A DNA stretch of 64,000 bases, from assembly GCA_965228735.1 (NCBI GenBank), contig OZ245838.1, positions 7,008,001 through 7,072,000 on the forward strand. The letters run 5' to 3'. Of the stretch, positions 30,004 to 39,239 are shown in pieces; positions within the stretch are counted from its first letter, which is position 1, and the number at the start of each line of letters is the position of its first letter. The notes beneath the pieces were generated by a model. The model had not been told where the DNA came from and ran no database searches. It saw nothing but the letters and a program-made list of their open reading frames with translations. The translations under genes and the position numbers were made by a program. Origin of the DNA: Planctomycetota bacterium (lineage in GTDB: Bacteria > Planctomycetota > UBA1135 > UBA2386).

Positions 30004-31365
30004 TCAGCGGGTCGTGAAATCGTCGATCGCGATGTCGCCGGTGAAGCTGCCACCGCCGGTGTAGTCGAACCGGAAGATGTAGCTCGCGGCGACGCCGGCG
30101 TAGACGCAGTGCTCGTTCCACTCACCCGCGGCCGGACCCGTGAGGTTCAGCAGCGGCGTGAAGTTGGTGCCGCCGTCCGTGCTTACGAGCACGTCGAGCG
30201 AGCCCATCGTGTCGCCGATGCGGCTGCACTGGAACGTCATGACGCCGTTCGGGCACTCCGCGGCGGAGTAGCTGCGGGTGTCCATGACGAAGTTGGCCGA
30301 GCCGCCCGAGCCGCTCGTCTCGCAGTACATGTAGTTCAGGGACGCGTTGACGCCGGCCGAGGGGCCCGTGCCGCCGGACGGCGTGCCGCCCGAGTCGCAG
30401 GTCCAGTCCGTCGCGCCAGGAGCGGTGCTCCAGCCGAGCGGGTAGCTGCCGGTGCCGTTCGCGACGGCTTCGAAGTCCTCGAGCGTCGTGACCGTGGCGG
30501 GGCCGCTGCGGGTGTAGGTGATCGAGTTGTTCGTCGCGACGACGGGCAGCGTGTTGCCGATCGTCGGGGCTTCGGCCGGCGCCAGGACCAGGCCCTGGAT
30601 CCGGAAGCCGACGCAGAACGGGAACGCGCCCGCCGGCGGGGCGAACACGTAGTCACCGCCACCGATCTGGTTCGGCGGCAGGATGAACGAGTAGCCGGTC
30701 GGGTTCGAGCCCTGCCAGGCGAGGTCGAGGTTGGCGATCTGCGGGGTCGTCGCGCCGACGGTCCCGAGGTTGAGGCCGACGATCGTGAAGTAGCCCGGGA
30801 AGGCGCCGTCGAGATCGGTCAGGTTCCAGCGAATCGTGTCGCCGAGGTCGAAGATGCCGTTGTCACGGCTCAGCGGATCCTGGTTCTTCGCGGCATCGAT
30901 GAGGAAGCCGAAGGCCGGGCCGTTCGACGTCAGGTCGAGCGAGTACGTGCCCGAGCTCGCCGAGGAGAAGCCGCCGACGCGCACGTAGTACGTGAGGCCG
31001 GTGAACGCCGTCCAGGTGATCTCCGACTGCAGGCTGCAGGAGTCATCCAGGCACTGGATCTCGTTGAGGGCGCCGCAGGTGCCTTCGTAGACCGACAGCG
31101 CGCTGTCATAGGTGGTGCCGTTGCACAGCGACGCCGTCACGATCTCCGACTGCGTAGCAGTGAAGCTGTACCAGACGTCGGGCGCGAGGCCGTTCACGCA
31201 GCTCCACGGCTCGGCCGAAGGGGTTGCGGTGCTGGTGTCGCCGGTGTACGGGCCGCCGCCGACCGTTATCGGGAGCGCGGTGATGCACTCGTCCTGCGCC
31301 GTGAGGGAAGCGCCCGTTGCGAGCACGAGAGAGAAGGCCAACGTCGTGGCGAGCTTGCTAGTCAT
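30004..31365 (-). CDS. Secreted protein: N-terminal beta-sandwich (PPC/CUB-like), middle domain, C-terminal MAM-like domain
   Basis: Signal peptide (LTA-Q); DVWYSF...DDSC...YYVRVGG domain; MAM signature GTPSGGTGPS...YMYCETS...MGSL...GDIAIDD. Confidence 0.75.
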   Translation of the reverse strand: MTSKLATTLAFSLVLATGASLTAQDECITALPITVGGGPYTGDTSTATPSAEPWSCVNGLAPDVWYSFTATQSEIVTASLCNGTTYDSALSVYEGTCGALNEIQCLDDSCSLQSEITWTAFTGLTYYVRVGGFSSASSGTYSLDLTSNGPAFGFLIDAAKNQDPLSRDNGIFDLGDTIRWNLTDLDGAFPGYFTIVGLNLGTVGATTPQIANLDLAWQGSNPTGYSFILPPNQIGGGDYVFAPPAGAFPFCVGFRIQGLVLAPAEAPTIGNTLPVVATNNSITYTRSGPATVTTLEDFEAVANGTGSYPLGWSTAPGATDWTCDSGGTPSGGTGPSAGVNASLNYMYCETSGSGGSANFVMDTRSYSAAECPNGVMTFQCSRIGDTMGSLDVLVSTDGGTNFTPLLNLTGPAAGEWNEHCVYAGVAASYIFRFDYTGGGSFTGDIAIDDFTTR

Positions 31366-31640
31366 TCCGTAGAGCATGGGTAGTGGTGAAACGAGCAGAC
31401 GCTCTGCAGCGTCTCTGCAGCGTCTTTGTACAGCGGAAGGTTCCTGCCATGCGAGCAGTTCGTCAAGTCGCGTCGCGGGCGAGACGGAGCGGAAACCCGA
31501 CGCTCGCGCTCGACCGTATTGTGCATCGGTTCCGGCGGCCGAGCCGACCAGGCGGCGAATGACCAGTGCCACCGCCAGCACGACGAGACTGGGCAGGGCG
31601 GTCGGGTCGCGCGCCGTCGCCGCCGTGAGGCCAAGGAAAA

Positions 31641-32681
31641 CTACTCGAGCATGCGCATCATCGCGCTGCCGAACGCCTGGCCGATCGCGTTGAACCAGAG
31701 CGCGCTGCCGAGGTAGTGGTAGCGGTGGTCCGAACCGGTCCGCTCCCACTCCTCGAAGCGCTGCTTCCACTCGGGGTAGAGCGTCTCCGCGGCGCGGTCG
31801 ACGAGCACGTCGGTCGCGACGGTCTCGACGTTCGCCAGCGTCCTCCCGACGGCGAACTGCGCGTCCTGGATGACCTTCATCGCGCCCTTGCTCGCCGTGC
31901 TGCCGTTCTGGCCCATCGCGCCGATCACGACCGGCAGGTCCGCGACGCTGAACTCGGCGCGCACGTCGTGGATCAGGTGCGTCAGGTTGCTCTCGTACTC
32001 CTGCTCGGCGCCGCCATACTGATCGTTCCAGCCCTGGAACCAGACGAACCCTTCGATCCGCGCCTTCTTGCCGCGCAGCTTCGGGAACAGCTTGCCCATG
32101 TCGTCGAGCGTCGCGTGGACCTCGTGGATCATCGCGCGGTAGTCCTTGCCGTACTCGGCCTTCAACTCGGCCATCGTCGGCGCCTTCTGCTTGCGTTTCT
32201 CGGCGCGCTTGATGCGGTCTTCGAGTTCTTTGCCGAGCGCTTCGTCGTCGGGCAGCCCGGCCGACGGCGGTCGGAAGTCCTTCTTGATCGAGCGGCCGCC
32301 CCACGCGGTCTTGATGAGCAGCACGGGACGCTTCATGCGGTCGCCGACGTAGTGGCCGAACGCGAGCTCGCAACCGGTGCGGTCCTTCGAGCCGTAGCCC
32401 ATCGTGAGGTTGCCGTGCCGCCCGAGGAACTTGATGAACACGTCGTCGCGCTCGCGCCACGCCGAGTTGTCCTCGTTGCGGTAGGCGGCGAACGCGGCCT
32501 TGGTCGCGGGAGCGGTCGCCTGGTGCTCGAGCAGCTTGTTCTGCGCCTTGCCTTCCATGTTGGACTGGCCGGCGAGGATGAAGACCGCGACGGTGTTCTG
32601 CTGCGCGGTGAGCGGGAAACAGCAGAGTCCGGCAGCCAGAACGCCAAGGAGCGTCGCGATCGTTCGATCGAAGGTGGTCAT
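31641..32681 (-). CDS. Secreted sialate O-acetylesterase-like (SASA/CE6-like) esterase
   Basis: Signal peptide; VFILAGQSNMEG, LIKTAWGG, WFQGWND, YHY.GSA. Confidence 0.85.
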   Translation of the reverse strand: MTTFDRTIATLLGVLAAGLCCFPLTAQQNTVAVFILAGQSNMEGKAQNKLLEHQATAPATKAAFAAYRNEDNSAWRERDDVFIKFLGRHGNLTMGYGSKDRTGCELAFGHYVGDRMKRPVLLIKTAWGGRSIKKDFRPPSAGLPDDEALGKELEDRIKRAEKRKQKAPTMAELKAEYGKDYRAMIHEVHATLDDMGKLFPKLRGKKARIEGFVWFQGWNDQYGGAEQEYESNLTHLIHDVRAEFSVADLPVVIGAMGQNGSTASKGAMKVIQDAQFAVGRTLANVETVATDVLVDRAAETLYPEWKQRFEEWERTGSDHRYHYLGSALWFNAIGQAFGSAMMRMLE

Positions 32682-32767
32682 GGAGTTTGCTCGAGAAGGT
32701 GCATTCGTGGGGGAGTCCATACGTCGAGTCATCATCACGTCGAAGCTCTGTCGCGCGGCCGACTCGG

Positions 32768-34120
32768 TCAGCGATGCTCGGGCGCGATCGCGATCGGGTG
32801 CTCGGGCATCGACGCGAGTGCTTTGGCGAGCTTCCGGCGCTGAGCGCGCGTCCGGTCGTCGTCGGCATCGACCGGCAGCGGTGACTCCTCCTCCGGGTCG
32901 GTCGTCAGGTCGAACAGCCGGCCGTCGCCGTAGAGCTTGTGCGTGTGGTCGCGCGCGAACCGGCCGCGCGCGAACTTCTGCCGTTCGGGCCGCGGGTTGT
33001 AGTAGCAGAACAGCCACTCGCGTTCCTCGGCGCGCCCGCCGGTCAGCTGCGGGAAGAACGACACGCCGTCGAGCGGCAGGCCGTCCGGCGGGGGCAGCTC
33101 GGCGGCCGCGAGCAGCGTCACGAAGAAGTCGGTGAAGTCGACGAGCGCATCGCACGTCGCGCCCCGTGGCACGGTGCCGGGCCAGCGCGCGATCAGGGGC
33201 ACGTGGGTGCCGCGATCGTTCGGCAGGCCCTTGCCGCCCCGCACCTCCTTGCCGTTCTGCCGGGAACGGATCTGGCGGCCCGTGCCGTTGTCACTCGTGA
33301 ACATGACGAGCGTGCGTTCGCGGCCGCCGTGCTCGTCGACCGTGTCGACGATGCGACCGACGAGCTCGTCCATCCGCGTCATCATCTGCGCGAAGCGGGC
33401 CTGCCGGCCGGCCTTGCCCTGCGGGGTCGCGGGGGCGCCCGGCGGCGACTCGTACGGGGAGTGCACGAGCGCCATCGGGAAGTAGAGCAGGTACGGCTTG
33501 CCCGCTTTCCGCTGGCGCTCGATGAACTCGACGGCGTGGTCGACGAACCGATCGGGGCCGTAGCCGGCCGGCTCCTGCTCGAGATACGTCCCGTCCCGCA
33601 CGAGCAGCGGGTTGCCGTAGCGCGAGCCGATACGGTCGACCTGCCACAGGCAGTGCGAGTCGAACCCGGCGGCGGCCGGCGTCGTGCCCGCGCCCTTGCC
33701 GAGCAGCTCCTGGCGCGAGCCGTAGAGCTGCCATTTGCCGACGACACACGTTGCGTAGCCCGCGTCCTGCAGCACGTTCGCGAACGTGACGCTGCCCTGC
33801 GGCAGAATGCCGAACGACACGTAGTTTCGGATGTTGCTCTGCCCCGTCATGATCTTGACGCGGCTCGGGGTGCAGAGCGGCTGCGAGTGGCAGTGAAGGA
33901 AGCGCATGCCTTCCGCGGCGAGCGCGTCGAGGCGCGGCGTGTCGTAGCTCTCGCCGCCGTAGGTCGAGAACGCTTCCACCCCGGCGTCGTCGGCCATGAT
34001 GAGGATCAGGTCGGGACGGGATCGATCCGGCGCGGTGTCGGCTCCGGTGCTCTGCGCGGTCACGGTCGCCGCGAAGAGCAAGGGGAGCAGCTGGCTGCGG
34101 CCGAGGTGCGGGAGTGGCAT
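32768..34120 (-). CDS. Secreted formylglycine-dependent sulfatase (S1)
   Basis: ILIMADD, CTPSR (CxPxR), GKWQL, FTSDNG, GGKG, GTHVPLI. Confidence 0.92.
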   Translation of the reverse strand: MPLPHLGRSQLLPLLFAATVTAQSTGADTAPDRSRPDLILIMADDAGVEAFSTYGGESYDTPRLDALAAEGMRFLHCHSQPLCTPSRVKIMTGQSNIRNYVSFGILPQGSVTFANVLQDAGYATCVVGKWQLYGSRQELLGKGAGTTPAAAGFDSHCLWQVDRIGSRYGNPLLVRDGTYLEQEPAGYGPDRFVDHAVEFIERQRKAGKPYLLYFPMALVHSPYESPPGAPATPQGKAGRQARFAQMMTRMDELVGRIVDTVDEHGGRERTLVMFTSDNGTGRQIRSRQNGKEVRGGKGLPNDRGTHVPLIARWPGTVPRGATCDALVDFTDFFVTLLAAAELPPPDGLPLDGVSFFPQLTGGRAEEREWLFCYYNPRPERQKFARGRFARDHTHKLYGDGRLFDLTTDPEEESPLPVDADDDRTRAQRRKLAKALASMPEHPIAIAPEHR

Positions 34121-34154
34121 GGCTCGCATCCTACCCCGGCGCGCGCGATGTCCT

Positions 34155-36056
34155 CTATCGCGCCTGGCGCGGCGCCGGCTTGCCGCGCTGATAGGCATTC
34201 CAGATCGCGTCGAGCCGATCGCGCGTCGCCTCGGCGATCGTCGCGAGCTCGCGCTTGCCGCGGTGGCGCCAATAACCCGCGATCTGGCGGGCTGCCGTGC
34301 GATAGTCGTGCAGCACACCCATCGCGCAGAGGTCGTGCTGCAGGAACGGATGCTCGAGCCAGCCGTCCGCCAGCTCGAACGGGGCGGGATCGGGCGGCGG
34401 CGGCCCGATCGCGAACAGCATTCCGGTGGGCGAGACCGCGCCGCCGTCGACGAGTTTGGCCGAGAGCAGGAATGCCACGGTCGTGCGGTCACACAACACG
34501 GTGCGGTTGTCGCGGCGTGCCCACTGCACCGCGGCGTCGAGCAGCGCCCGGTAGGTTCGGAGCTGCGCCTCGCTGTCGAGCGTGAACCAGTCCGTGTAGA
34601 CGTAGTCCGGGTCGACGGCGGCAATCGCCGCGAGGAACGCGTCGTATTCCTGTGCCACTGCGCCGTGCAACTCCGGCCACTGCCGCGGGAACAGACCCTT
34701 GTGCGGACCCTTGAAGCTCGCCGGCACGATGACGAGGTCGCTGCGGTAGTCCCGTTCTTCGATCGCGAGGCGCGTGAGGGTCTGCAGCTCCCAGCTGCTC
34801 AGCAGCACGAGCGCGCGGTCCGGACACGAGCGCGACACGTCCTCGAGCACCGCGGTGCCCGCGCGATACCCGCGGCGGCTGCCGGCGTCGCAGTTGATCG
34901 CGACGAGCAGCGCGAGAGCGGCGGCGGCAGCGGCGCCGGCGGCAGCGCGTCGCCACGCGAACAGCTCGTTCAAACCGATCGCCGCGAGCACGGTGAGCAC
35001 GCCGAGCGCGGGCAGCAGCGTCGCGTCCATGTTGGCGGTGTGCATCCGCAGCAGCTGCAGCAGCGCGAGGACGGCCGGGTAGCGGAGCGCGAGCCCGAGC
35101 ACGTAGCGCGCGCGCCGCCAGGCGACCCGGACTCCGAACGCGGCCGCGATCCAGAACGGTCCGAGATGCCACAGGAGCACCTCACCGAGCACGCGTGCGC
35201 GGCCCGCGTAGTCGACGCCGGCTTGCATCAGCGAGTCCCGGAAGAAACCGCCGCTGAGGTGATGCCAGAGCCGGCTCGGCGAGTCGGGCTGGCCGAACAG
35301 CAGCGCGGCGTCGTCAGCGGCGGTGACAGCGCTCGTCGCGAGCAGCAGCCAGGACAGCAGCATGATCCCGGTCGCGATCGCGAACGCCGGCAGCAGCGCG
35401 CGGATGGCGTCGATCAGCGTCACTCCGCGCAAACCCGCGGCGACGACGACGAGGAACGGGACCATGAGCACCATTGACACGTGGTGGTTGCCGAGCCCGA
35501 CGCCGATGCCGAGGCCGAGCAGCAGTTGCGTCCGCATGCTCTTGCCCGGTCGGACGACGCCGTGCAGTGCGAGAGCCGCCGCGCAGAACTGCAGCGCGTA
35601 GACCTCGGCCGAGTTGCTCCACTGCCACATCGTGGCGCCGAACGCCCCGGCGAGCGCCGCCAAGGCGGCCGCGTCGCGCGCTCGTTCCTGTCGTTCCACG
35701 TCGGCGAACACGCGCCGCAGCAAGGTCGCGATCGCGCGGTAGAGGACCACGCTGCCGGCCGCGGCGAACACCGCGTTCAGGGCGCTGACGGCCACGTACG
35801 AGCCCAGGCCGCCGGAGCCCAGCCCGCCCGCCACCGTCAGCCAGAGCGCGGCGGCCGCGACGAAGAGCGTCCCGCCCGGTGGGTGGGCCGGGCTCCAGTC
35901 CCGTGCGCACAGCGCGAACTCGGCCGCGTCGTCGAACGCCACGTCCGCACTCGCCGTCAGCAGATAGACCACGAGCGGAACGACCCCGACGATCACATCA
36001 CGCCATGGCAGGCGGGCTGGCCACTCGGGGCCTGAGCGATCGGGGGCAGCGGGCAC
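34155..36056 (-). CDS. DUF2723 / TMEM260-like multi-pass membrane glycosyltransferase (GT-C)
   Basis: DDAAEF...AHPPG motif, WQWSNSAEVYAL, LGNHH, many TM helices. Confidence 0.8.
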   Translation of the reverse strand: MPAAPDRSGPEWPARLPWRDVIVGVVPLVVYLLTASADVAFDDAAEFALCARDWSPAHPPGGTLFVAAAALWLTVAGGLGSGGLGSYVAVSALNAVFAAAGSVVLYRAIATLLRRVFADVERQERARDAAALAALAGAFGATMWQWSNSAEVYALQFCAAALALHGVVRPGKSMRTQLLLGLGIGVGLGNHHVSMVLMVPFLVVVAAGLRGVTLIDAIRALLPAFAIATGIMLLSWLLLATSAVTAADDAALLFGQPDSPSRLWHHLSGGFFRDSLMQAGVDYAGRARVLGEVLLWHLGPFWIAAAFGVRVAWRRARYVLGLALRYPAVLALLQLLRMHTANMDATLLPALGVLTVLAAIGLNELFAWRRAAAGAAAAAALALLVAINCDAGSRRGYRAGTAVLEDVSRSCPDRALVLLSSWELQTLTRLAIEERDYRSDLVIVPASFKGPHKGLFPRQWPELHGAVAQEYDAFLAAIAAVDPDYVYTDWFTLDSEAQLRTYRALLDAAVQWARRDNRTVLCDRTTVAFLLSAKLVDGGAVSPTGMLFAIGPPPPDPAPFELADGWLEHPFLQHDLCAMGVLHDYRTAARQIAGYWRHRGKRELATIAEATRDRLDAIWNAYQRGKPAPRQAR

Positions 36057-36108
36057 CGCCGGATGCTACCGGCGTCGGTGGAGCGTGCGATCGGTGTTTC
36101 GCCCGCCG

Positions 36109-36618
36109 TCACTCGGAGAACGTCACACCGACGAACGTCGTCTCCGTCGCCGCGGGTTCGCCGAGCCGCGCCGCGAGCGCGGCCAGCAGTTCTCGTTGGC
36201 GGGTGAACATCGCGAGCTTGAGGCTGCGACGCGAGCGATCCGCGCGTTCGAGCAGCAGCGTGAGATGGCGGTAGCCGCGGTTCTGCTCGTGCCCCGAGCC
36301 CCAGCGCCGGACGTCCTGCAGGGGGATCGCCTCGGTCCGCGTCACGAAACCGAGCCGCGGGCAGATCAAGTGATCGGACGTCAGCTGGACCTTCGCGTTC
36401 TTCCACGTCGTGATCGCGAACGGCTGCACGAGGGCCCCGACCGCGACCGCGACCCAGCGCTCGACATCGGTGCCGTCCGTGACGACGGTGCCGCGCGGCA
36501 CGAGTCCCGCGAGCTCGACGCCGCAGAGGACCGCGGCGACGGCGCCGATACCGCCGAGCATCAGCAGCGGGATCCGCCAGCTCCACTGCATCGTGCAAAC
36601 CACTGTCGTGTCGGCCAT
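36109..36618 (-). CDS. Small membrane protein (two TM helices plus PH-like soluble domain)
   Basis: ATG 36618 preceded by TACCGT-6 nt; two hydrophobic segments followed by a soluble region. Confidence 0.55.
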   Translation of the reverse strand: MADTTVVCTMQWSWRIPLLMLGGIGAVAAVLCGVELAGLVPRGTVVTDGTDVERWVAVAVGALVQPFAITTWKNAKVQLTSDHLICPRLGFVTRTEAIPLQDVRRWGSGHEQNRGYRHLTLLLERADRSRRSLKLAMFTRQRELLAALAARLGEPAATETTFVGVTFSE

Positions 36619-36694
36619 AGGGGCACGGTAGCCGGCCGCGTGCCGGTCCTGCTGACCGCGGAATCGTTCCCGGTTGCGGGTGGGGCGCGAAAAT

Positions 36695-36713
36695 CTCCGA
36701 CAGATTGTAGGAG
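36695..36713. promoter_or_regulatory. Putative BlaI-type operator palindrome CTCCGACA-GAT-TGTAGGAG
   Basis: 19-bp dyad with one mismatch and an ACA..TGT core resembling BlaI/MecI TACA/TGTA boxes, 22 nt upstream of blaI. Confidence 0.55.
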
Positions 36714-36735
36714 GTTCGGGCGACGATGGAGCGCG

Positions 36736-37146
36736 ATGACGCCACGGCCCAATCGTTCCACCAGCAAGTCCGCGATCACCGACGCCGAGCTCACGGTGCT
36801 CAAGGCCCTGTGGGACGACGGTCCCGGCACGGTCCGCGAGCTGCGCGAACGGCTCGGCACCGACTGGGCGTACACGACGGTGCAGACGTTGTTGTCGCGC
36901 CTCGAGGACAAGGGGCACGTCAAGGCCAACCGGCGGGGGCATGCGCACGTGTTCTCCGCGGTCGTCGCGCGCGACGAACTTGCCGAGCGCCACGTCGACG
37001 AGGTCGCGGATTCGCTGCTCGATGGGGCGGTCGCGCCGCTCGTCCTGCGGCTCGTCGAGCGCGGCGACTTCTCCAGCGCCGACATCGCCCGTTTCCGCAA
37101 GCTGCTGAAGGCCGCCGAACGCAAGAACGAGAAGGAGGACACGTGA
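36736..37146 (+). CDS. BlaI/MecI/CopY family transcriptional repressor
   Basis: ITDAELTVLKALW..GPGTVREL...WAYTTVQTLLSRLEDKG; adjacent to an M56 gene. Confidence 0.92.
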   Translation: MTPRPNRSTSKSAITDAELTVLKALWDDGPGTVRELRERLGTDWAYTTVQTLLSRLEDKGHVKANRRGHAHVFSAVVARDELAERHVDEVADSLLDGAVAPLVLRLVERGDFSSADIARFRKLLKAAERKNEKEDT

Positions 37147-39200
37147 CCTGGCTGCTCGTCAACACGGTGATCGCGGCGGTGCTCGCCCTAGTCGTCCTCG
37201 CGATCGGTCGGTTCGTCCGCCCCGCGCCGACGGTCGTGCACGGGTTGTGGCTGCTCGTGCTGCTCGAGCTCGTCGTGCCGCCGGTGTTCACGGTGGAGTT
37301 GCCGACGGGGTGGTTCGGCGATGGCGCCGAGGAACGAGTGGCGAGCGCCGAAGCCACGAACGTCGTCGTCCCGATCGAACGCACCCCGAGCGGCGCGCTC
37401 GAGCTCAAAGCACCCGCCGCCGAGGTCGCGGCGCTGACCGCGTTCGCGCGTTCTGCTCCCCGCACCCAAGAGAACGGCGCCAGTACGGATGCCAGCTCCG
37501 GCGCCGCGGCCGGGTCGCCGGCGGAGTCCCGCGAGAGATCCTCGGCAGAGCCCCAGCCAACCGTCCTCGAACCCGAAGCGACGGCGTCGCCCGGGCTGGA
37601 CTGGATGCTCTGGATCACGGTCGCCTGGGGTGTCGGGGGTGCCGCCGTGCTGCTGCGCATCGTCATCGCGGCGTGGCGCGGCCACCGCCGACTCAGAGCG
37701 CTCGGCGTCGTCACTCCGACCGTCGAACGTGAGGTCGAGGACATCGCGCGCCGCCTCGGCGTGCGCGTGCCGCAGCTGCTCGACGATCCGACGGCGCCGT
37801 CGCCCTACGTCTGGGGCCTGGGGTCGCCGCGCCTCGTGTTGCCCGTTTCGGCCCTGCGCGGCTGCAGCAGCAAGGGCCGCGCGGCCGTGATCGCGCACGA
37901 ACTCAGCCACCTTCGGCGCCGGGACCACTGGGTCGCGCACCTCGAGCTCGCGCTCGGCGTCGTGCTCTGGTGGCACCCGTTGTTCTGGTTCGCGCGCGAT
38001 CAGCTGCGGCTCTGGGCCGAGCTCGCCTGCGACGCGGCCGCCGTCACCCACATGCCGGACGCGGCGATCGACTACGCCACCGTGCTCGTCGACGCAGCGG
38101 CCCGTCCCGTCCACGAGACCCCGGGTCTGGCCGTCCTCGCAGCGAGGCCGGCGGCGCGGGTCGCATTCGAAAGAAGGTTGAACATGATTCTCAACAACAA
38201 GTTCTCGCGGCGCGTCTCGCCGCTGTGGTGCGTGCCGTTCGCGGCCCTCGCCTGCGGTCTGTTCGCCGCGCCCGCCGTTGCCCAGGGCAAGGGCAGGGCC
38301 GAAGAGGTCAAGATCGAGATCCGCATCAACGGCGAACGCGTCGACGACATGTCGGCGGCCGATCGCCGCGCGCTGCTGAAGCTGCTGCTCAAGCAGGACG
38401 CCAAGAAGAGTGCGCGCTCCGAAACGCGCCCCGAGCCGCGCCCCGAGCCGCGCCCCGAGCCACGCCCCGAGCCGCGTCGTCCGGGCCGGGCCGAAGCCGA
38501 GCTGCAGGCCGAGATGCAGAAGCTCGAGAAGAAGCTCGCGCGGCTGAAGCGCGGTGCGAAGCCCGGCCGCACGGGCATCGGCCTCGGCGACCTCCAGGAG
38601 CTCCGCGGTCTCGGTGGCGAGGTCGGCACCATGCTGCGCCAAGGCCTCGACGAGGCGCGTCGCGAGATCAGCAAGGACGAGGACCTGCGAGAGCTCGGCA
38701 TCACCGACGAGGTGCTCGACCTGCTCGACGACGTGGCCGCCGGCCGCGGGATCGAGTCCGGTCTCGACGACGTCATTCGCGCCGCGATGAAGGGTGCTGG
38801 TTCGATGGTGATCAAGGAGCTGAACGAGGACGAGGACCTGCGGAAGCTCGGCATCGCGGACGGCATCGGCGAGCTCGTCATCGGGTTCCTGAACAACGAG
38901 CGCAACCAGGACATGATCGGTGAGCTCGCCAACAAGGCGCTGCACAACGCGATCAAGGAAGCCAAGCAGGAGATCCGTTCCGACAAGGACCTGCAGGAGC
39001 TCGGCATCGCGGGCGACGTCGAGAACCTCATCGACGCGGCCGTCAAGGGCGGCGGCGACTTCGAGGGCAGCCTCGAGCGCCTCATCCAGAAGGCGACCAG
39101 CTCCGCCATGGAGATGGCCGAGCGCGAGATGGAGCAGGAGCTGCGGCGCGAGAAGGCGAAGGCGAAGCCGAGCCGCCGGTCGCAGCGCGTGATCCGCTGA
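37143..39200 (+). CDS. BlaR1/MecR1-like M56 metallopeptidase signal transducer with a non-canonical repeat ectodomain
   Basis: GTGA overlap with blaI; HGLWLLVLL, SPYVWG, AHELSHLRRRDHW (HExxH), WWHPLFW, ELACD. Confidence 0.9.
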   Translation: MTWLLVNTVIAAVLALVVLAIGRFVRPAPTVVHGLWLLVLLELVVPPVFTVELPTGWFGDGAEERVASAEATNVVVPIERTPSGALELKAPAAEVAALTAFARSAPRTQENGASTDASSGAAAGSPAESRERSSAEPQPTVLEPEATASPGLDWMLWITVAWGVGGAAVLLRIVIAAWRGHRRLRALGVVTPTVEREVEDIARRLGVRVPQLLDDPTAPSPYVWGLGSPRLVLPVSALRGCSSKGRAAVIAHELSHLRRRDHWVAHLELALGVVLWWHPLFWFARDQLRLWAELACDAAAVTHMPDAAIDYATVLVDAAARPVHETPGLAVLAARPAARVAFERRLNMILNNKFSRRVSPLWCVPFAALACGLFAAPAVAQGKGRAEEVKIEIRINGERVDDMSAADRRALLKLLLKQDAKKSARSETRPEPRPEPRPEPRPEPRRPGRAEAELQAEMQKLEKKLARLKRGAKPGRTGIGLGDLQELRGLGGEVGTMLRQGLDEARREISKDEDLRELGITDEVLDLLDDVAAGRGIESGLDDVIRAAMKGAGSMVIKELNEDEDLRKLGIADGIGELVIGFLNNERNQDMIGELANKALHNAIKEAKQEIRSDKDLQELGIAGDVENLIDAAVKGGGDFEGSLERLIQKATSSAMEMAEREMEQELRREKAKAKPSRRSQRVIR
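38427..38474 (+). repeat. 12-bp tandem repeat (CGCCCCGAGCCR x4) encoding an (RPEP)4 linker
   Basis: Read directly from the sequence. Confidence 0.85.
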
Positions 39201-39239
39201 GGATCAAGTGCTGTGCGGTCGGGGCTCGATGCCCCGACC

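Noticed and set aside
31397..31452. CTCTGCAGCGT direct repeat and a sigma54-like TGGCAGGAACCTTCC (minus strand) upstream of the MAM protein
   Set aside because: The -12 GC dinucleotide is absent and the repeat has only two copies; insufficient support.
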